NCBI GenBank assembly: GCA_965112735.1
Contig: OZ218958.1
Location: 3,563,894 to 3,627,893 of the forward strand
DNA length: 64,000 bases
Reading direction: 5' to 3'
From: Phaeosaccion multiseriatum
Taxonomy: Eukaryota > Protista > Ochrophyta, other classes
The translations under genes and the position numbers were made by a program. The notes beneath the pieces were generated by a model that saw only the letters and a list, made by a program, of their open reading frames with translations, was not told the origin of the DNA and searched no databases. Below, in pieces: positions 37,301 to 50,935 of this stretch; position 1 is the first letter of the stretch; each line of letters begins with the position of its first letter.

Positions 37301-40300
37301 TCAGTCAGAGGCATGCAGGCACTGCCCGCCATACCAATTGATGATGGCCCACGGCTGCAGGGCATCTGGCTTGGCTTGCCAATGGCATCGTCTTTGCTTC
37401 TCACGCATACTCCTTGTTCCCTACTGTCTGTTTCGCTTCTCGTCTCGGCTGCACACGCATTCGCTCCACTCTCACACTCACACATACACGCCCACACGCC
37501 CACACACACGCACACACGCACACACACACACACACACCTACACACTCACACATACATGCACACACGCACACGCTCACAAAACACACACACTCAAACACAC
37601 ACGCCCACATCCACACGTACATACCTACACACACGCACCTACACACACGCACAAACACACACACACCAACCCACATACATGCACACCCGCACACGATCAC
37701 AAAACACACACACTCAAACACACACGCCTACATACACACGTACATACCTACACACACGCACCTACACACACACACGAACACGCACACATGGGTACAGTCG
37801 GCGCAAGTCTCGCATACAGAGAGCCTCCCTGCCTCAGCATTAGCACATACCAATAGAGGGCAGCAAGCGAGCCCCGCCACGAAGCTGTGTGAGTGTGCGG
37901 CGCTGAAGGAGGGCACCATCTACGCCCCCAAGGCCATTTGCGTCATCACGCGCGTGCCCATCTACAACACGCTGGATCAGCTGCTGCACCACCTCTATGA
38001 CGAGGCCATGGGCCCTCCCGACCCCCTCCACACGCTCGGCACCCTGCCATCGCCTCTCCATCGCCCCCCCTCCGCCTCCCCCGCGATACGCATTAGCGCC
38101 CTGCTGAGGACGGCTTTGTGTCTTCCCATGCCACCCCCCGGGGGGAGGGCCTTCGAGCTAATTCTGGAGGTGGAGGAGGAGGATGAGGAGGAGGAAGAGC
38201 CGAGGGAGGAGGAGGGTAGAGACGGGGAGGAGCAGCAGCTGACGGAGCGCACTTCGGATGGGGTCAGGACGCCTGACAACTTGCTGGATCATGCCCACCC
38301 CGCCAGCACCACCCCGCCCCCTCCCGTGTCGCTGCTGCTGAAGGTGCGATGTGCGATGGTGTGATTGTGGGGGGGGATAGGGCCCACACCCATGTCATGT
38401 GATTGCTTTGCCACCTGCGGGCTTGAGTGCCCATGAATTGAGGGGAAATTGCGACCCCGCCCCTGCCCCTGCCCCTGTCTAGTTCCAACCCTCACCCGCA
38501 CTGTTGCTGGCCCCATATGCTCTCCCCCATGCTCAGCTGCCGCCCTCCACATGGCTGCCGTACACGGAGGTTGACTTCGAGGCCCTGTTCGGCGCCCTGT
38601 CCATCCCCAACATCATCGGCGCCTTCACACTGATGCTCAACGAAGAGCGCCTCCTGTTCCTGTCAAGCAAGCAGGACGTGCTCACCTCCTCGATGGAGGC
38701 ACTGCGCAGCTTGCTCTTTCCCCTCGAGTGGCAGAGCCTGTACGTGGTGAGTGAGAGGAAAGAGAGAAAGAGAGAGAGAGGTCTAACCCTATCCCCGCCC
38801 TTCGGCATCGAAACACCCTCGGTACCCCTAAGGTAGAGGTGTGTGTGTGTGTGCCCTTCGTCCTGCCTAATGCCGGCCCATCCGTCTGCCCATATGCCTG
38901 CATGCCCCTCCTGCCTGCCCGTATTCCCACCCGAAGCCCCGCCTCCCCCGAGCGCTGTACGGGTGCCTGGAGGCCCCAGGGGGGTTTATGCTCGGAATCC
39001 CCCTCCCCAAGCAGCAGATGGGCAGCAGCACCACACAGGCCCTGCGCAACTTGCAGCTCGAGGGCATTGCCCACTCCGTCAACCTCGACACGGACGAGGT
39101 GGTGCTCGACTCAGGCGTGCCCTTCTCGGAGGCCCTCAGCACGGAGAGAAGGAGACTGGCCAAGCTCGAGGCCAAGCAGCACAGGAGGCATGTGTCTGCC
39201 TCCACGAACGATACGGCGGGAGGGGGAGGGGGAGGAGGTGTCGGGACGGCGAGTGGACACAGCAGCCACAGCGGGCATGGGAACGACAGCTCTCACTCAT
39301 CGCACTCTTCAGGGCAGGCCTCATCGCCGCAGCTGAGTGTGAGCTTCCTGCCCGAGGGGATGGAGGCGGAACTCACGGCGCGCCTCACGCTGATGATGAA
39401 GGACCTCTCCCCGCATGCCCCGCCCGGCACTGTTAGCGGCAGCGGCACTGCTCACACGCACTCGTCCTCCCCCTCCCGGCGGTCGGGCTCCCTCACTTCC
39501 TCCCAGGCCATGAGCCTGCAGGCCTCTCTCCAGGCCTCGTCTCTGCCCGCCTCTGCGCTCAGTTCGCCCCTGCGGCACGCCCATGTTTCGCCGTCCAAGA
39601 AGGGCACTCTCAGCGGCTCGTCCCCTGCCAAGGCCTTCTTTTCATCGACGGCACCAGCAGGAGCAGCAGCTGCAGCAGGAGGAGGAGATGGCGCCGAGCC
39701 CCCCGCGACGCCTTTGACAAGTAGCACGGGCCGCTCTGGGCTGCGCTGGTTCAAGGACGGGTGGCCAGGCACCTCCTCCAAGGCGGGGCAAGAGACCAAT
39801 GGAAATAGCAATCGCAGCGGCGGCAGGGGCAGGGTCAGGGGTAGGGGTAGGGGCAGCAGCGGCAGAGAGGACGGGGCGACGGCCGCTCCCCACGATGGAA
39901 GAGAGGACAGCAGTAGAGACAGCAAAGGGGACGCGCACCTGATCATGAGTGCAGTGAACAAGGCCTTGGGGGGCGAGGAGGACGACGCGCATGGAGGGAG
40001 CACTACGGAGGAGAGCATCGAGGAGGACGTGCGCAACGCCTTCATCTGCACCATGTCGGAGCTGCTTGGGGACATTGGCTCCTTCGTCATCCCCAAGCAA
40101 CTCACACGGAACGGGGGGGACATGCTCGAGGGAGGGGGGGGAGGCGGGTTGGGCGGGCCGGGGGGGAAGTCCACGGGCAGGATACGCATGCCCATGTCTC
40201 AGCTCTTCAGCGAACAGGCCTTCCTGGACCAGTGGGCCACGGACCCGGCCACGAGAAGCTTCGCGGCGCGGCTCACCTGCTCGCAGATGTTCTGGGTGCT

Positions 40301-42145
40301 GATCCAGCAGTGGGTGGAGGGCTCGGAGGTGATGACGGGGCACCTCGCCTTCTTCGAGCGGTGTGCGCAGGTGTGGAGGCAGCGGAGGGCCAAGCAGCAA
40401 CAGCAAGGCCGACGCCCCTCCTGGCACACCAACACCAACGTGCCCTCCGTCATCAGCCAAGTACGGGCGCACAGCAGAGTGGTCACGGCGGGTGCGCTCC
40501 AGAGCCTTCAGCGCAGGAAGAAGGACGACCCGTCTGACGGGGGAGAGGGAGGGGGTGAGGGCAGCGGGGACGAGGACGGCGAGGGGGCATGGCAGCGGAG
40601 CGGCAACTTTGACTCACCCGCGTGGGGCAGGAGCGGCTCCATGGGCCGAAAGCTCAGGCTCATGGGGGGAAGCGGCAGGCAGGGCGACAGCATAGGAATG
40701 ATGAAGGGCGAGGAAGGGGCGGAGGGCGCCGGGGGGGGATCTAGTTCGGCCGTGAGAATGGCCAGCAAGATTTCTGCCCAGCTGGAACTGTACGACGACA
40801 AGGCCCCGCCCCTCATCATTGGCATCGGCCTCGGTAGTGGCGTAAGGCGCAGGAGGGATGGCCAGGGCCGCGGTGCAGAGGAAACTGGGGCAGGAGGGGC
40901 AGGCGGGCAGGTAGGCGGGGGGTCTGTTGTGAGCGAGGTTGCTGTGCATGCACCGCCACCGCCACCGCCTCTGGAGCTTCTCCCCTCCCCCCCTCCCCCC
41001 GACAAGGAGAGCAAGGAGAGGCAGCGCTGGCCCGTGTGTCTGGTTCCATCCGAGCTGCAGAGGCCTCTCAAGGCCCTCTCCCCCGTGCTGCAGCAGCTCG
41101 TGCGCTACGTCAGGCTCAAGGGCAAGGAGGGCGGCCACGGGACCCAGGGGGGTGGCACCCAGGGGGGTGGTGGTGCTGCCCAGGGGGGCGGGGGCGGCGG
41201 GCAGGGGGGCAGGCTGCACGACGCACAGTTCCAGACCGCGGGGCTGCAGCACCCTTTGGGCGGCGGACGGGCAAGGGCCCTGGACAACGTCGACGAGGTC
41301 CTGCAGGTGTACGTGTCTGCGCATGCCGTGTTCCTCCTGTGCCTGCCCACCGCCGTGTCCAGGGAGGGGGCAGCGGTGACGACCACGATGGGCATAGGGG
41401 GAGGGGGGGGCGGCAAGAGGGGAGAGAGGGGAGAGAGGGGCGGGGCGGGGGGTTCTGGAGCGGGGGGCGCCACACACACCATGCCCTTTATGATGGCTGC
41501 GCTCGGCGTCATCAATCACCTGCAGAGCGTGGGAGCCGGCAACCTGCTCGACGAGATGATGTGGAGGTGAGTGGTGTGAGTGGAGGGACGAGAGACTTGA
41601 GCAGACACTATCCAACCCACAGGGGTATTGGACTGTTGATGAACAAACTCAACTCCACTGTGAGATGAGAGAGTGAGCAGCGGACACGACTCGACTGGGC
41701 TTCCATCGGGGGGGGTGTTGTGGTGCGTGGTGTATGGTGATGTGTGAGAGAGAGAGTTCCTCTCTCTCTGTGAGTGTGAGTGTCTGTATGTGTGGTGTGT
41801 GTGTGTGCTGTGTGTGAGAGTGTCTGTGTGAATGTCTGTGTGTGTGTGAGAGTGTCTGGGTGAATGTCTGTGTGTGCGTGGTGTGTGTGTGAGAGTGTCT
41901 GTGTGAATGTCTGTGTGTGTGTGGTGTGAGTGAGAGAGTGTCTCTGTGTGTGGTATGTATGTGTACGTGCGAGTGTCTGTGTGTGTGGTGTGTGTGAGAG
42001 TGTCTGTGTGTGAGTGTCTGTGTGAGTGTCTGTGTGTGTGGTGTGTGTGTGAGTGTCTGTGTGTGTCTGTGTGAGTGTCTGTGTGTGTGGTGTCTCTGTG
42101 TGGTGTGTGTGTGTGTGTGAGAGTGCCTCTGTGTGTGTGTGGTGT

Positions 42146-42201
<56 letters not shown>

Positions 42202-43022
42202 GTCTGTGTGTGTGGTGTCTCTGTGTGTGGTGTGTGTATGTGTGTGAGAGAGTGCCTCTCTGTGTGTGTGGTGTGTGTGAGTGTCTGTGTGTGTGTATGT
42301 ATATATGTATGTGTGTGTGTGTGTGGCGTTTGTGAGTGTCTGTGTGAGAGTCTGTGTGAGAGTCTGTGTGTGTGGTGTCTGTGAGAGTGTCTGTGTGAGT
42401 GTCTGTGTGTGTGGTGTGTGTGAGAGTGTCTGTGTGAGTATCTGTGTGTGAGAGTGTCTGTGTGAGTGTCTGTGTGTGTGGTGTGTGTGAGAGAGTCTGT
42501 GTGAGTATCTGTGTTTGAGAGTGTCTGTGTGAGTGTCTGTGTGTGAGAGTATCTGTGTGAGTGTCTGTGTGTGTGGTGTGTGTGAAAATGTCCGTGTGCA
42601 TGGTGTGTGTGAGAGTGTCTGCGTGAGTGTCCGTATGTGTGGGTGTGAGTGAGAGTGTCTGTGAGTGTCCTTGTGTGTGTGGTGTCTGTGAGAGTGTCTG
42701 TGTGTGTGAGTCTGTGTGTGTGTGTGTGTGGTGTGTGTGTGTGTGAGAGAGAGAGAGAGTGCCTCTCTGTGTGTGGTGTCTGTGTGAGTGTCTGTGTGAG
42801 TGTCCGTGTGTGTGGTGTGTGTGTGAGTGTGTATGTGTGTGTGTGTGTGTGAGTCTGTGTGTGCGTGTGGTGTTTGTGAGAGTGTCTGTGAGAGTGTCTG
42901 TGTGTGTGGTGTCTGTGTGTGTGGTGTGTGTGTGAGTGAGTGTGTGAGTGTCTGTGTGTGTGGTGTGTCTGTGTGTTGTGTGTGTGTGAGTGTCTGTGTG
43001 AGTGTCCGTGTGTGTGGTGTGT

Positions 43023-43059
<37 letters not shown>

Positions 43060-46000
43060 TCTGTGTGTGCGTGTGGTGTTTGTGAGAGTGTCTGTGAGAG
43101 TGTCTGTGTGTGTGGTGTCTGTGTGTGTGTGTGTCTGTGTGTGTGGTGTGTGTGTGAGTGAGTGTGTGAGTGTCTGTGTGTGTGTGGTGTGTCTGTGTGT
43201 TGTGTCTGTGTGAGTGTCTGTGTGAGTGTCCGTGTGTGTGGTGTGTGTGTGAGTGTGTGTGTGTGTGTGTGTGAGAGAGAGTCTGTGTGTGCGTGTGGTG
43301 TTTGTGAGAGTGTCTGTGTGTGTGGTGTCTGTGTGTGTGGTGTCTGTGTGTGTGGTGTGTGTGTGTGTGCGTGTGCGTGCGTGTGTGTGTGTGTGTGTGT
43401 GTGTGCGTGTGGTGTGTGTGAGAGTGTCTGTGAGAGTGTCTGTGTGTGTCTGTGTGAGTGTCCGTGTTGGTGTGGTGTCTGTGTGTCTGTGTGCGGGGTG
43501 TGTGTGAGAGTGTCTGTGTGAGTGTCCGTGTGTGTGAGTGTCCTTGTGTGTGTGGTGATGAGGTATTTGGTCTGTGTGTGTGTGTGATGTGTGTGCGTGA
43601 GTCTCTCTCTCTCTGTGTGTGTGAGTCTGCCTCTCCGCTGCTCGCTGCCGCGTCTCGTCTCACTCCTCGCCCACTGCCCTTTTTTTGTTTCTCTCTGTGT
43701 GCCCTTCCTCTGCTGTGTGCACTGTGCAGGTACGTGTTGGTAGCTGCAGGGCGCATCGGTGGCGAGCTGATGCGGCTTGTGGCGGCGGCCATCTTCGAGG
43801 CGATGAGGGCAGAGAAGATTGCGCCCAACTCCATCACCTACGGACTGTACACCAAAGCCCTCGGGGAGAACAACGCCAACAACGCCTACAACGCAGCGTC
43901 GTCGAGTGACAAGGCGGGCTACGGGGGGGGGGGGAGGGCAGGAGGGGGGGGAGGGGGGAGCAGTCCGCACAGGCTCCCTGCGAGCCACGCGCACACCCAC
44001 ACCGGGCAGAGCCACGGGCAGGGCCACTGCCAGGGCTACGGACAGGGCGTGTTCGAGGAGCTGGGACTGCAGTGGTGCGAGGCCGTGCTGGGCACCTCCT
44101 CCGCCGCCTCCACCGTGGAGAGGGCGGGGGGCGCACGGAGGGGGAGTGTCATGACCCCAGCCTCAGCCGAGGTGGGGGCAAACATGCCATCCATTGCCAT
44201 CGCCTCCATGGTGGGGGGGGCGGGCTCTCCCTCCACGGCATCATCGGGAGCGATTGGCACGGGCACGCCAAGGGGGGGCGCAGGGCTGTCTGCGCTCTCT
44301 GCAGGGGGGCGCATGCGGAGGGGCTCCGTGCACGTGGGGCAACAGCCGCGCTTCGGCAATGCGTTGGCCAGGAGCGGAGAGGTGCACAGCCTGAAGATTG
44401 ATGTGTCCGCCTCGGCGGAGGGCGCCGGCAGCGGTGCCGGTACGCTCAGCAGGACCCCGCCCAGGGGCAGATCGCCCACCGGCGGGGGCGGGGCAAGGCA
44501 CACACATGCGTCTTCGCCTTCACCCCCCGCCAGGGAGGGGCGCGGGGGGGAGGGCTTTGGTCACGCCGCAGAGGCCAAAGAGGTCCCTGCCAAGCCAACT
44601 GCCAAGGTGTCCAAGGGGGTGGTGGGTATGTGGGCCACCGCCAAGTGCCCGGACCAGGCCTGCGGGTACAACCTCCTCGAGGAGGAAATCATGGCGAGGT
44701 GGAGCCACGCCTGCGAGGAGGACATGCACTTCCAAGTGAGTCAGATGGCAGTGGATCGAGCATGGCTCGCCTTTGTTTGTTCACTTCAAGGAAGGAGGAG
44801 GGGGGGGGGAGGCGAAGCGGCGTATGGGAAAGGGGAAACGAAACCTCCGATGCACTTTGCTGCAGACTGTAGTCCCTTCTCTCTGCCGTCCTCTCTCTTC
44901 CCCTCTCTCCTCTCTCCCTTTCTCTCTTACTCTCTCTCACTCTCTGCCTCTCTCTCTTCTCTCTCACCAACACCCACATACCCACCCCCACCCACCCATG
45001 CACACACCCACTTACACACACTCAAACAACACACTTACCTCTCTCAACGATGTGCCGTCACCTCTGTCTCAATTATCCCGTGTCTCCTGCCGTGTCTCCT
45101 GTGGCCGGCTCTGCAGATAGCGTGTCCCCGCTGCGACTGTTCGTTGCTCCCACACCTCTCGTACTTCGTAGTAAAGCCGAGCAACCCGTCACCGTCAGAC
45201 GGGGAGAGAGTACAAGCGGCGGCACCAGCATCAGCATCAGCAGCAGCATCAGCATCAGCATCAGCAGCAGCAGGAGCAGGAGCGAGTGAGGACACAGGGG
45301 CGGAGACGGAGAAGGTGCGGCAGAGCACGCTGTCCCCCAGAGGCGCGGAGCCTTTGAGTAGTGTGAAGCGAGGCTTATCCACCGCCTCTGTGCTGGTGAT
45401 GTTGGAAGAGGGAGGGGAGGGAGGGGAGGGAGGAGACCGCCTCGACTTGGCGTCTCCATCGGTGGCGGCTGCTTCGCTCCTGGGGGACGATGCGGAAGGC
45501 TTTGTGGTGGAGGAGGGGAGGAGCGGCAGCATTTGCGCCGCGCAGGCTGAGAACCGCAAAGGGTCCATCAGCGGTCACTTGGCGGACTCTGTGGAGGGCA
45601 GGGCCGTGTACCTCAGCCCCATGGTGCTGCGCCATCAGCTCGAGAGGCTCGTGGTCACACACGGGGAGCAAGTGCTCACCATGGAGTGTGTGCGCCGCTA
45701 CCGTAGGCACCTCTTTTGGAATGTGAGTCAGTCTCTTGTTCGTCTGTCGTGTGCTGTTTTTCATTCAGTACTTACTCAATACCCTACCCCGTGTGTGTGT
45801 GTGTGCGTCCACCGATGGATCAGGTGGTGTGGCTAACCACTCGTCTGGGGCTGCCCATGCCGCTGTTCCTGTCGGAGAGCTTTGAGGTGGAGGAGACGGT
45901 CGTCATCGGCTCCTGCAAGGCCGTGGTGAGCGCGCGCTGCCGGCAGCTCCTGGACATACTGTCCCCTCCCTCTCCTTCTCCGACCCCCTCTCTGGCCTCC

Positions 46001-46857
46001 TCCTTGAGCGCCTCGATGGCCTCCCCGGGCATGCAGAAGGCCCTGCTGCCCCCCCTCCCGCTCGAGACGGTGTTCAGCGGGGCCTCCTCCAGGGAGCTTA
46101 AGGTGTGTGCGCTGTGCATGGCGGCGCTTCTCACGCACGGTCGGGCGGGGCTTTCCAACGTCATTAGCCGACTGCAGCGCTTAGACAAGCAACCGGGGGG
46201 GGGGCTGACTCAGGGCAGTCACGCGGGGGGGCTTCTCTCCACGGGCGACGGTCTCTACCTCGTGGTGCTGAAGCTCGTCACCTTCTATCGCCCTCCAAAG
46301 GCCCCAGGGAGCGTGGCGTACATCCAAGAGCTGCGCAGGTACAGAGAGGATGACAGAGAGGTTGCTTTGCTTCGCCCCGTGCTGGGGACCCTCTTGTCGC
46401 GTTGCTGCCTCTGCCTCTGCCTGCCTGACGCCTCTGCCTCGTGCCCTTCTCGTTCTCAGATGTAGTGGGCAACCGCCTTTCGAGCAAGCGTTTGTAGAAG
46501 GTGAGTGCATCGTTACCTTAATCACGTCCTGCCTTGCTGCCTTGCCTGGTGCACCCGTGCCAGCAGCATACGATGCGAAGCGAACCCAACCCCAACTCAA
46601 CCCTGCCCATTCATTGCCTGACTGCCCAAAACATGCCAACAGACCTGCTGCAGATGGTGGAAAGCGTCGGGCCAAGAGAGGTGCACCTGCAGGGCCCACA
46701 TGGACAGGGCGACGAGGCGGACAGAGACAGAGAAAGCCCCGGGGGGGGCGCGGCGCAGGTGCACAGTATCTCTGGCAAGTTGCTCTCTCTCATGAACGAG
46801 GTGCCCACCACCAAGAGTCTCATCTACAGAAGCATCTTTGGAAACGTCATGTGGTAG
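34319..46857 (+). CDS. DENND4: DENND4/CRAG-like Rab GEF (MABP-uDENN-cDENN-dDENN-PPR-like-C-terminal Cys domain), multi-exon; 5' end approximate
   Basis: IDYFGVVG; EEVPPGYTLVETTVSG..ADLNHG (MABP); LPMFIFPEG and FTFVFTNIDG..YAAALVFYE (uDENN); PKAICVITR and LLFPLEWQSLYVP..EAPGGFMLGI (cDENN); FAARLTCSQMF (dDENN); IFEAMRAEKIAPNSITYGLY (PPR-like); C..CGYNLLEEEIMARW..CPRC..YLSPMVLRHQLE..LFWN. Confidence 0.85.
35216..35484. repeat. 33/40-bp intronic minisatellite (CTTTGTGCTCCCTCTCTTGTACTTCCAAGTA[CGAAGTA]CTTGA)
   Basis: About 7-8 copies, two of them with a 7-bp internal duplication. Confidence 0.92.
37470..37790. repeat. Intronic CA-rich compound repeat with an internal duplication
   Basis: Seen directly. 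Confidence 0.85.
41740..43625. repeat. ~1.9-kb intronic TG-rich compound microsatellite (GTGTGA/GTGTCT/GTGTGG modules)
   Basis: Lies in the intron between the donor at ~41568 and the acceptor at ~43729 of the DENN gene. Confidence 0.95.
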
Positions 46858-49800
46858 GGTAGCCAGTACAATGGTAAAGCAGGCTCTATATCAATGTACA
46901 TGAGAGGCACCGGCATTACTGGGAGACTATGTATTTTTGGTAGAGTGGTCTCGGTGTCCAGTGGGCCTGCTTGGTGTCGAAACTACCGACAGCTAGCCTC
47001 AAAGCCAAGCTAGAGCAAAGCAGAAGCTAAAGCAAGCACCCGGAAGCCAGCCCACACGCAGGCTGCGCTTCCTATTATTACTGATTTACCGTCTCGTTGG
47101 CCCGTTTTCCGGCCGTTACACTACTGATTGGGTCCCCAAGAGACCCCAACTAGGCCACTTCTAACATCCACCTCACTATACCCCCGCTTCTTCCTCCAGC
47201 TCCCTCAGAAGCCGAGATGCGAGCGATAGAATTGCGTCTCGTGCGCCAGCCCGCTGCCCCACTTCTCATGTTGCCGCAGGCGGATCGTACTTTCCCGTTG
47301 AGACCTATGCCCTCTTTTGACATTCACTCCTGGATCGAGGTCAATGTGCGGAAGAGCGTTTTCAAACGCCTCTATGGCCTTGGCGTGTCCCCGCTCCAGC
47401 AACCACTCAGCCCATTCCCAGGTCTGGAAAGTGCCTCCGTCCGCCACCGCCCACCGGTGGGTCATCTGGCGCCCGATCGCGACACGGGAGGGTTGAAGTG
47501 TGCTTTCTCTGGGCCAGTGGAGTTGAAATGGTCCCACCATGGTCGTCATGAGTCTACCGTGCGTCTCGGGTGTGCTCGGTGTGGTTGTACACTCTGTTCT
47601 ATGGGGTTGAAATGGCCCATCTGTGAGCCCCGGGGGGTCATTTGGCGCCCGATCGCGACACGGGAGGGTTGAAGTGTGCTTTCTCTGGGCCAGCGGGGTT
47701 GAAATGGTCCCACCACGGTCGTCATGAGTCTGCCGTGCGTCTCTGGTGTGCTCGGTGTGGTTGTACACTCTGTTCTATGGGGTTGAAATGGCCCATCTGT
47801 GAGCCCCGGTGGGTCATCTGGCGCCTGATTTCGACACGGGAGGGTTGAAGTGTGCTTTCTCTGGGCCAGTGGGGTTGAAACGGTCCCACCATGGTCGTCA
47901 TGAGTCTGCCATGCGTCTCTGGTGTGCTCGGTGTGATTGTACACTCTGTTCTGTGGGGTTGAAATGGCCCATCTGTGAGCCCCGGTGGGTCATCTGGCGC
48001 CTGATTTCGACACGGGAGGGTTGAAGAGTGCTTTCTCTGGGCCAGTGGTGTTGAAATGGTCCCACCATGGTCGTCATGAGTCTGCCGGGCGTCTCTGGTG
48101 TGCTCGGTGTGGTTGTACACTCTGTTCTGTGGGGTTGAAATGGCCCATCTGTGAGCCCCGGGGGGCCATCTGTCGCCCCATCGCGACACGGGAGGGTTGA
48201 AGAGTGCTTTCTCTGGGCCAGTGGTGGTGAAATGGTCCCACCATGGTCGTCATGAGTCGGCGGGCCGTTTCTGGGGTGCTCGGTGTGGTTGTACACTCTG
48301 TTCTGTGGGGTTGAAATGGCCCATCTGTGAGCCCCTGTGGGCCATCTGGCGCCTGATTTCGACACGGGAGGGTTGAAGTGTGCTTTCTCTGGGCCAGCGG
48401 GGTTGAAATGGTCCCACCATGGTCGTCACGAGTCAGCCGGGCGTCTCTGGTGTGCTCGGTGTGATTGTACACTCTGTTCTATGGGGTTGAAATGGCCCAT
48501 CTGTGAGCCCCGGTGGGTCATCTGGCGCCTGATTTCGACACGGGAGGGTTGAAGAGTGCTTTCTCTGGGCCAGTGGGGTTGAAATGGTCCCACCATGGTC
48601 GTCATGAGTCTGCCGGGCGTCTCTGGGGTGCTCGGTGTGGTTGTACACTCTGTTCTGTGGGGTTGAAATGGCCCATCTGTGAGCCCCGGGGGGTCATCTG
48701 GCGCCCGATCGCGGCACGGGAGGGTTGAAGTGTGCTTTCTCTGGGCCAGCGGGGTTGAAATGGTTCCACCATGGTCGTCATGAGTCTGCCGGGCGTCTCT
48801 GGTGTGCTCGGTGAGGTTGTACACTCTGTTCTATGGGGTTGAAATGGCCCATCTGTGAGCCCCGGTGGGTCATCTGGCGCCTGATTTTGTCACGGGAGGG
48901 TTGAAGTGTGCTTTCTCTGGGCCAGTGGGGGTGAAACGGTCCCACCATGGTCGTCATGAGTCGGCCGGGCGTCTCTGGTGTGCTCGGTGTGATTGTACAC
49001 TCTGTTCTGTGGGGTTGAAATGGCCCATCTGTGAGCCCCGGTGGGTCATCTGGCGCCTGATTTCGACACGGGAGGGTTGAAGTGAGCTTTCTCCGGGCCA
49101 GTGGGGTTGAAATGGTCCCACCATGGCCGTCATGAGTCCGCCGGGCGTCTCTGGGGTGCTCGGTGTGATTGTACACTCTATTCTGTGGGGTTGAAATGGC
49201 CCATCTGTGAGCCCCGGTGGGTCATCTGGCGCCTGATTTCGACACGGGAGGGTTGAAGTGTGCTATATCTGGGCCAGTGGTGTTGAAATGGTCCCACCAT
49301 GGTCGTCACGAGTCAGCCGGGCGTCTCTGGTGTGCTCGGTGTGATTGTACACTCTGTTCTATGGGGTTGAAATGGCCCATCTGTGAGCCCCGGTGGGTCA
49401 TCTGGCGCCTGACTTCGACACGGGAGGGTTGAAGTGGGCTTTCTCCGGGCCAGTGGGGTTGAAATGGTCCCACCATGGTCGTCATGAGTCTACCGGGCGT
49501 CTCTGGTGTGCTCGGTGTGATTGTACACTCTGTTCTGTGGGGTTGAAATGGCCCATCTGTGAGCCCCGGGGGGCCATCTGGCGCCCGATCGCGACACGGG
49601 AGGGTTGAAGTGTGCTTTCTCTGGGCCGGTGGGGTTGAAATGGTCCCACCATGGTCGTCATGAGTCGGCTGTGCGTCTCTGGTGTGCTCGGTGTGGTTGT
49701 ACACTCTGTTCTGTGGGGTTGAAATGGCCCATCTGTGAGCCCCGGTGGGTCATCTGGCGCCTGATTTCGACACGGGAGGGTTGAAGTGTGCTTTCTCTGG

Positions 49801-50632
49801 GCCGGTGGGGTTGAAATGGTCCCACCATGGTCGTCATGAGTCTGCCGGGCGTCTCTGGTGTGCTCGGTTTGATTGTACACTCTGTTCTGTGGGGTTGAAA
49901 TGGCCCATCTGTGAGCCCCGGGGGGTCATCTGGCGCCTGATTTCGACACGGGAGGGTTGAAGTGTGCTTTCTCTGGGCCAGTGGTGGTGAAATGGTCCCA
50001 CCATGGTCGTCATGAGTCCGCCGGGCGTCTCGGGTGTGCTCGGTGTGGTTGTACACTCTGTTCTGTGGGGTTGAAATGGCCCATCTGTGAGCCCCGGTGG
50101 GTCATCTGGCGCCTGATTTTAACACGGGAGGGTTGAAGTGTGCTTTCTCTGGGCCAGCGGGGTTGAAATGGTCCCACCATGGTCGTCATGAGTCTGCCGG
50201 GCGTCTCTGGTGTGCTCGGTGTGGTTGTACACTCTGTTCTATGGGGTTGAAATGGCCCATCTGTGAGCCCCGGTGGGTCATCTGGCGCCTGATTTCGACA
50301 CGGGAGGGTTGAAGTGTGCTTTCTCTGGGCCAGTGGTGGTGAAATGGTCCCACCATGGTCGTTATGAGTCTGCCGTGCGTCTCTGGTGTGCTCGGTGTGA
50401 TTGTACACTCTGTTCTGTGGGGTTGAAATGGCCCATCTGTGAGCCCCGGTGGGTCATCTGGCGCCTGATTTCGACACGGGAGGGTTGAACTGTGCTTTCT
50501 CTGGGCCAGTGGTGGTGAAATGGTCCCACCATGGTCGTCATGAGTCTGCCGGGCGTCTCTGGTGTGCTCGGTGTGATTGTACACTCTGTTCTGTGGGGTT
50601 GAAATGGCCCATCTGTGAGCCCCGGTGGGTCA

Positions 50633-50935
50633 TGTGGGGCCGCTACCTTCCTCTGCCTAAGAGTAAGAAGGTACCCCCAAGCTGAGCGCTGTGTTCCGGT
50701 CCCAATAGGGGGAGAAGATACCAATGCTAGCACCAAGTGTATTGATAATAAGGACTATCCCACCCTAAGACCCTGGACAGCCTCCTTGTTTAAAGGAGAG
50801 CTATCCACTTGGTCTATACGGGTTCAGGAGTGCGGAGGGGCCAACCAGGCCCTCAAAAAGGCCGCGTCCCACTCATTGACTTACTACTCTGCCTACCTAA
50901 TAATACGTAATTGAGCCTGTCCCACCTCCACCACA
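50633..50935. mobile_element. 303-bp solo-LTR-like insertion in the satellite (TGTGG...CCACA, GTCA target-site duplication)
   Basis: Starts TGTGG and ends CCACA. GTCA at 50629-32 and 50936-39; removing the insert restores an intact monomer. Confidence 0.75.

Noticed and set aside
41516-44027. 773-aa and 792-aa His/Thr-rich minus-strand ORFs
   Set aside because: Translations of an intronic TG microsatellite, antisense to the DENN gene.
50615-50914. 99-aa ORF across the insert (also 53209-53508)
   Set aside because: Starts in the satellite at a non-ATG codon and has no recognisable domain; LTR-like non-coding sequence.
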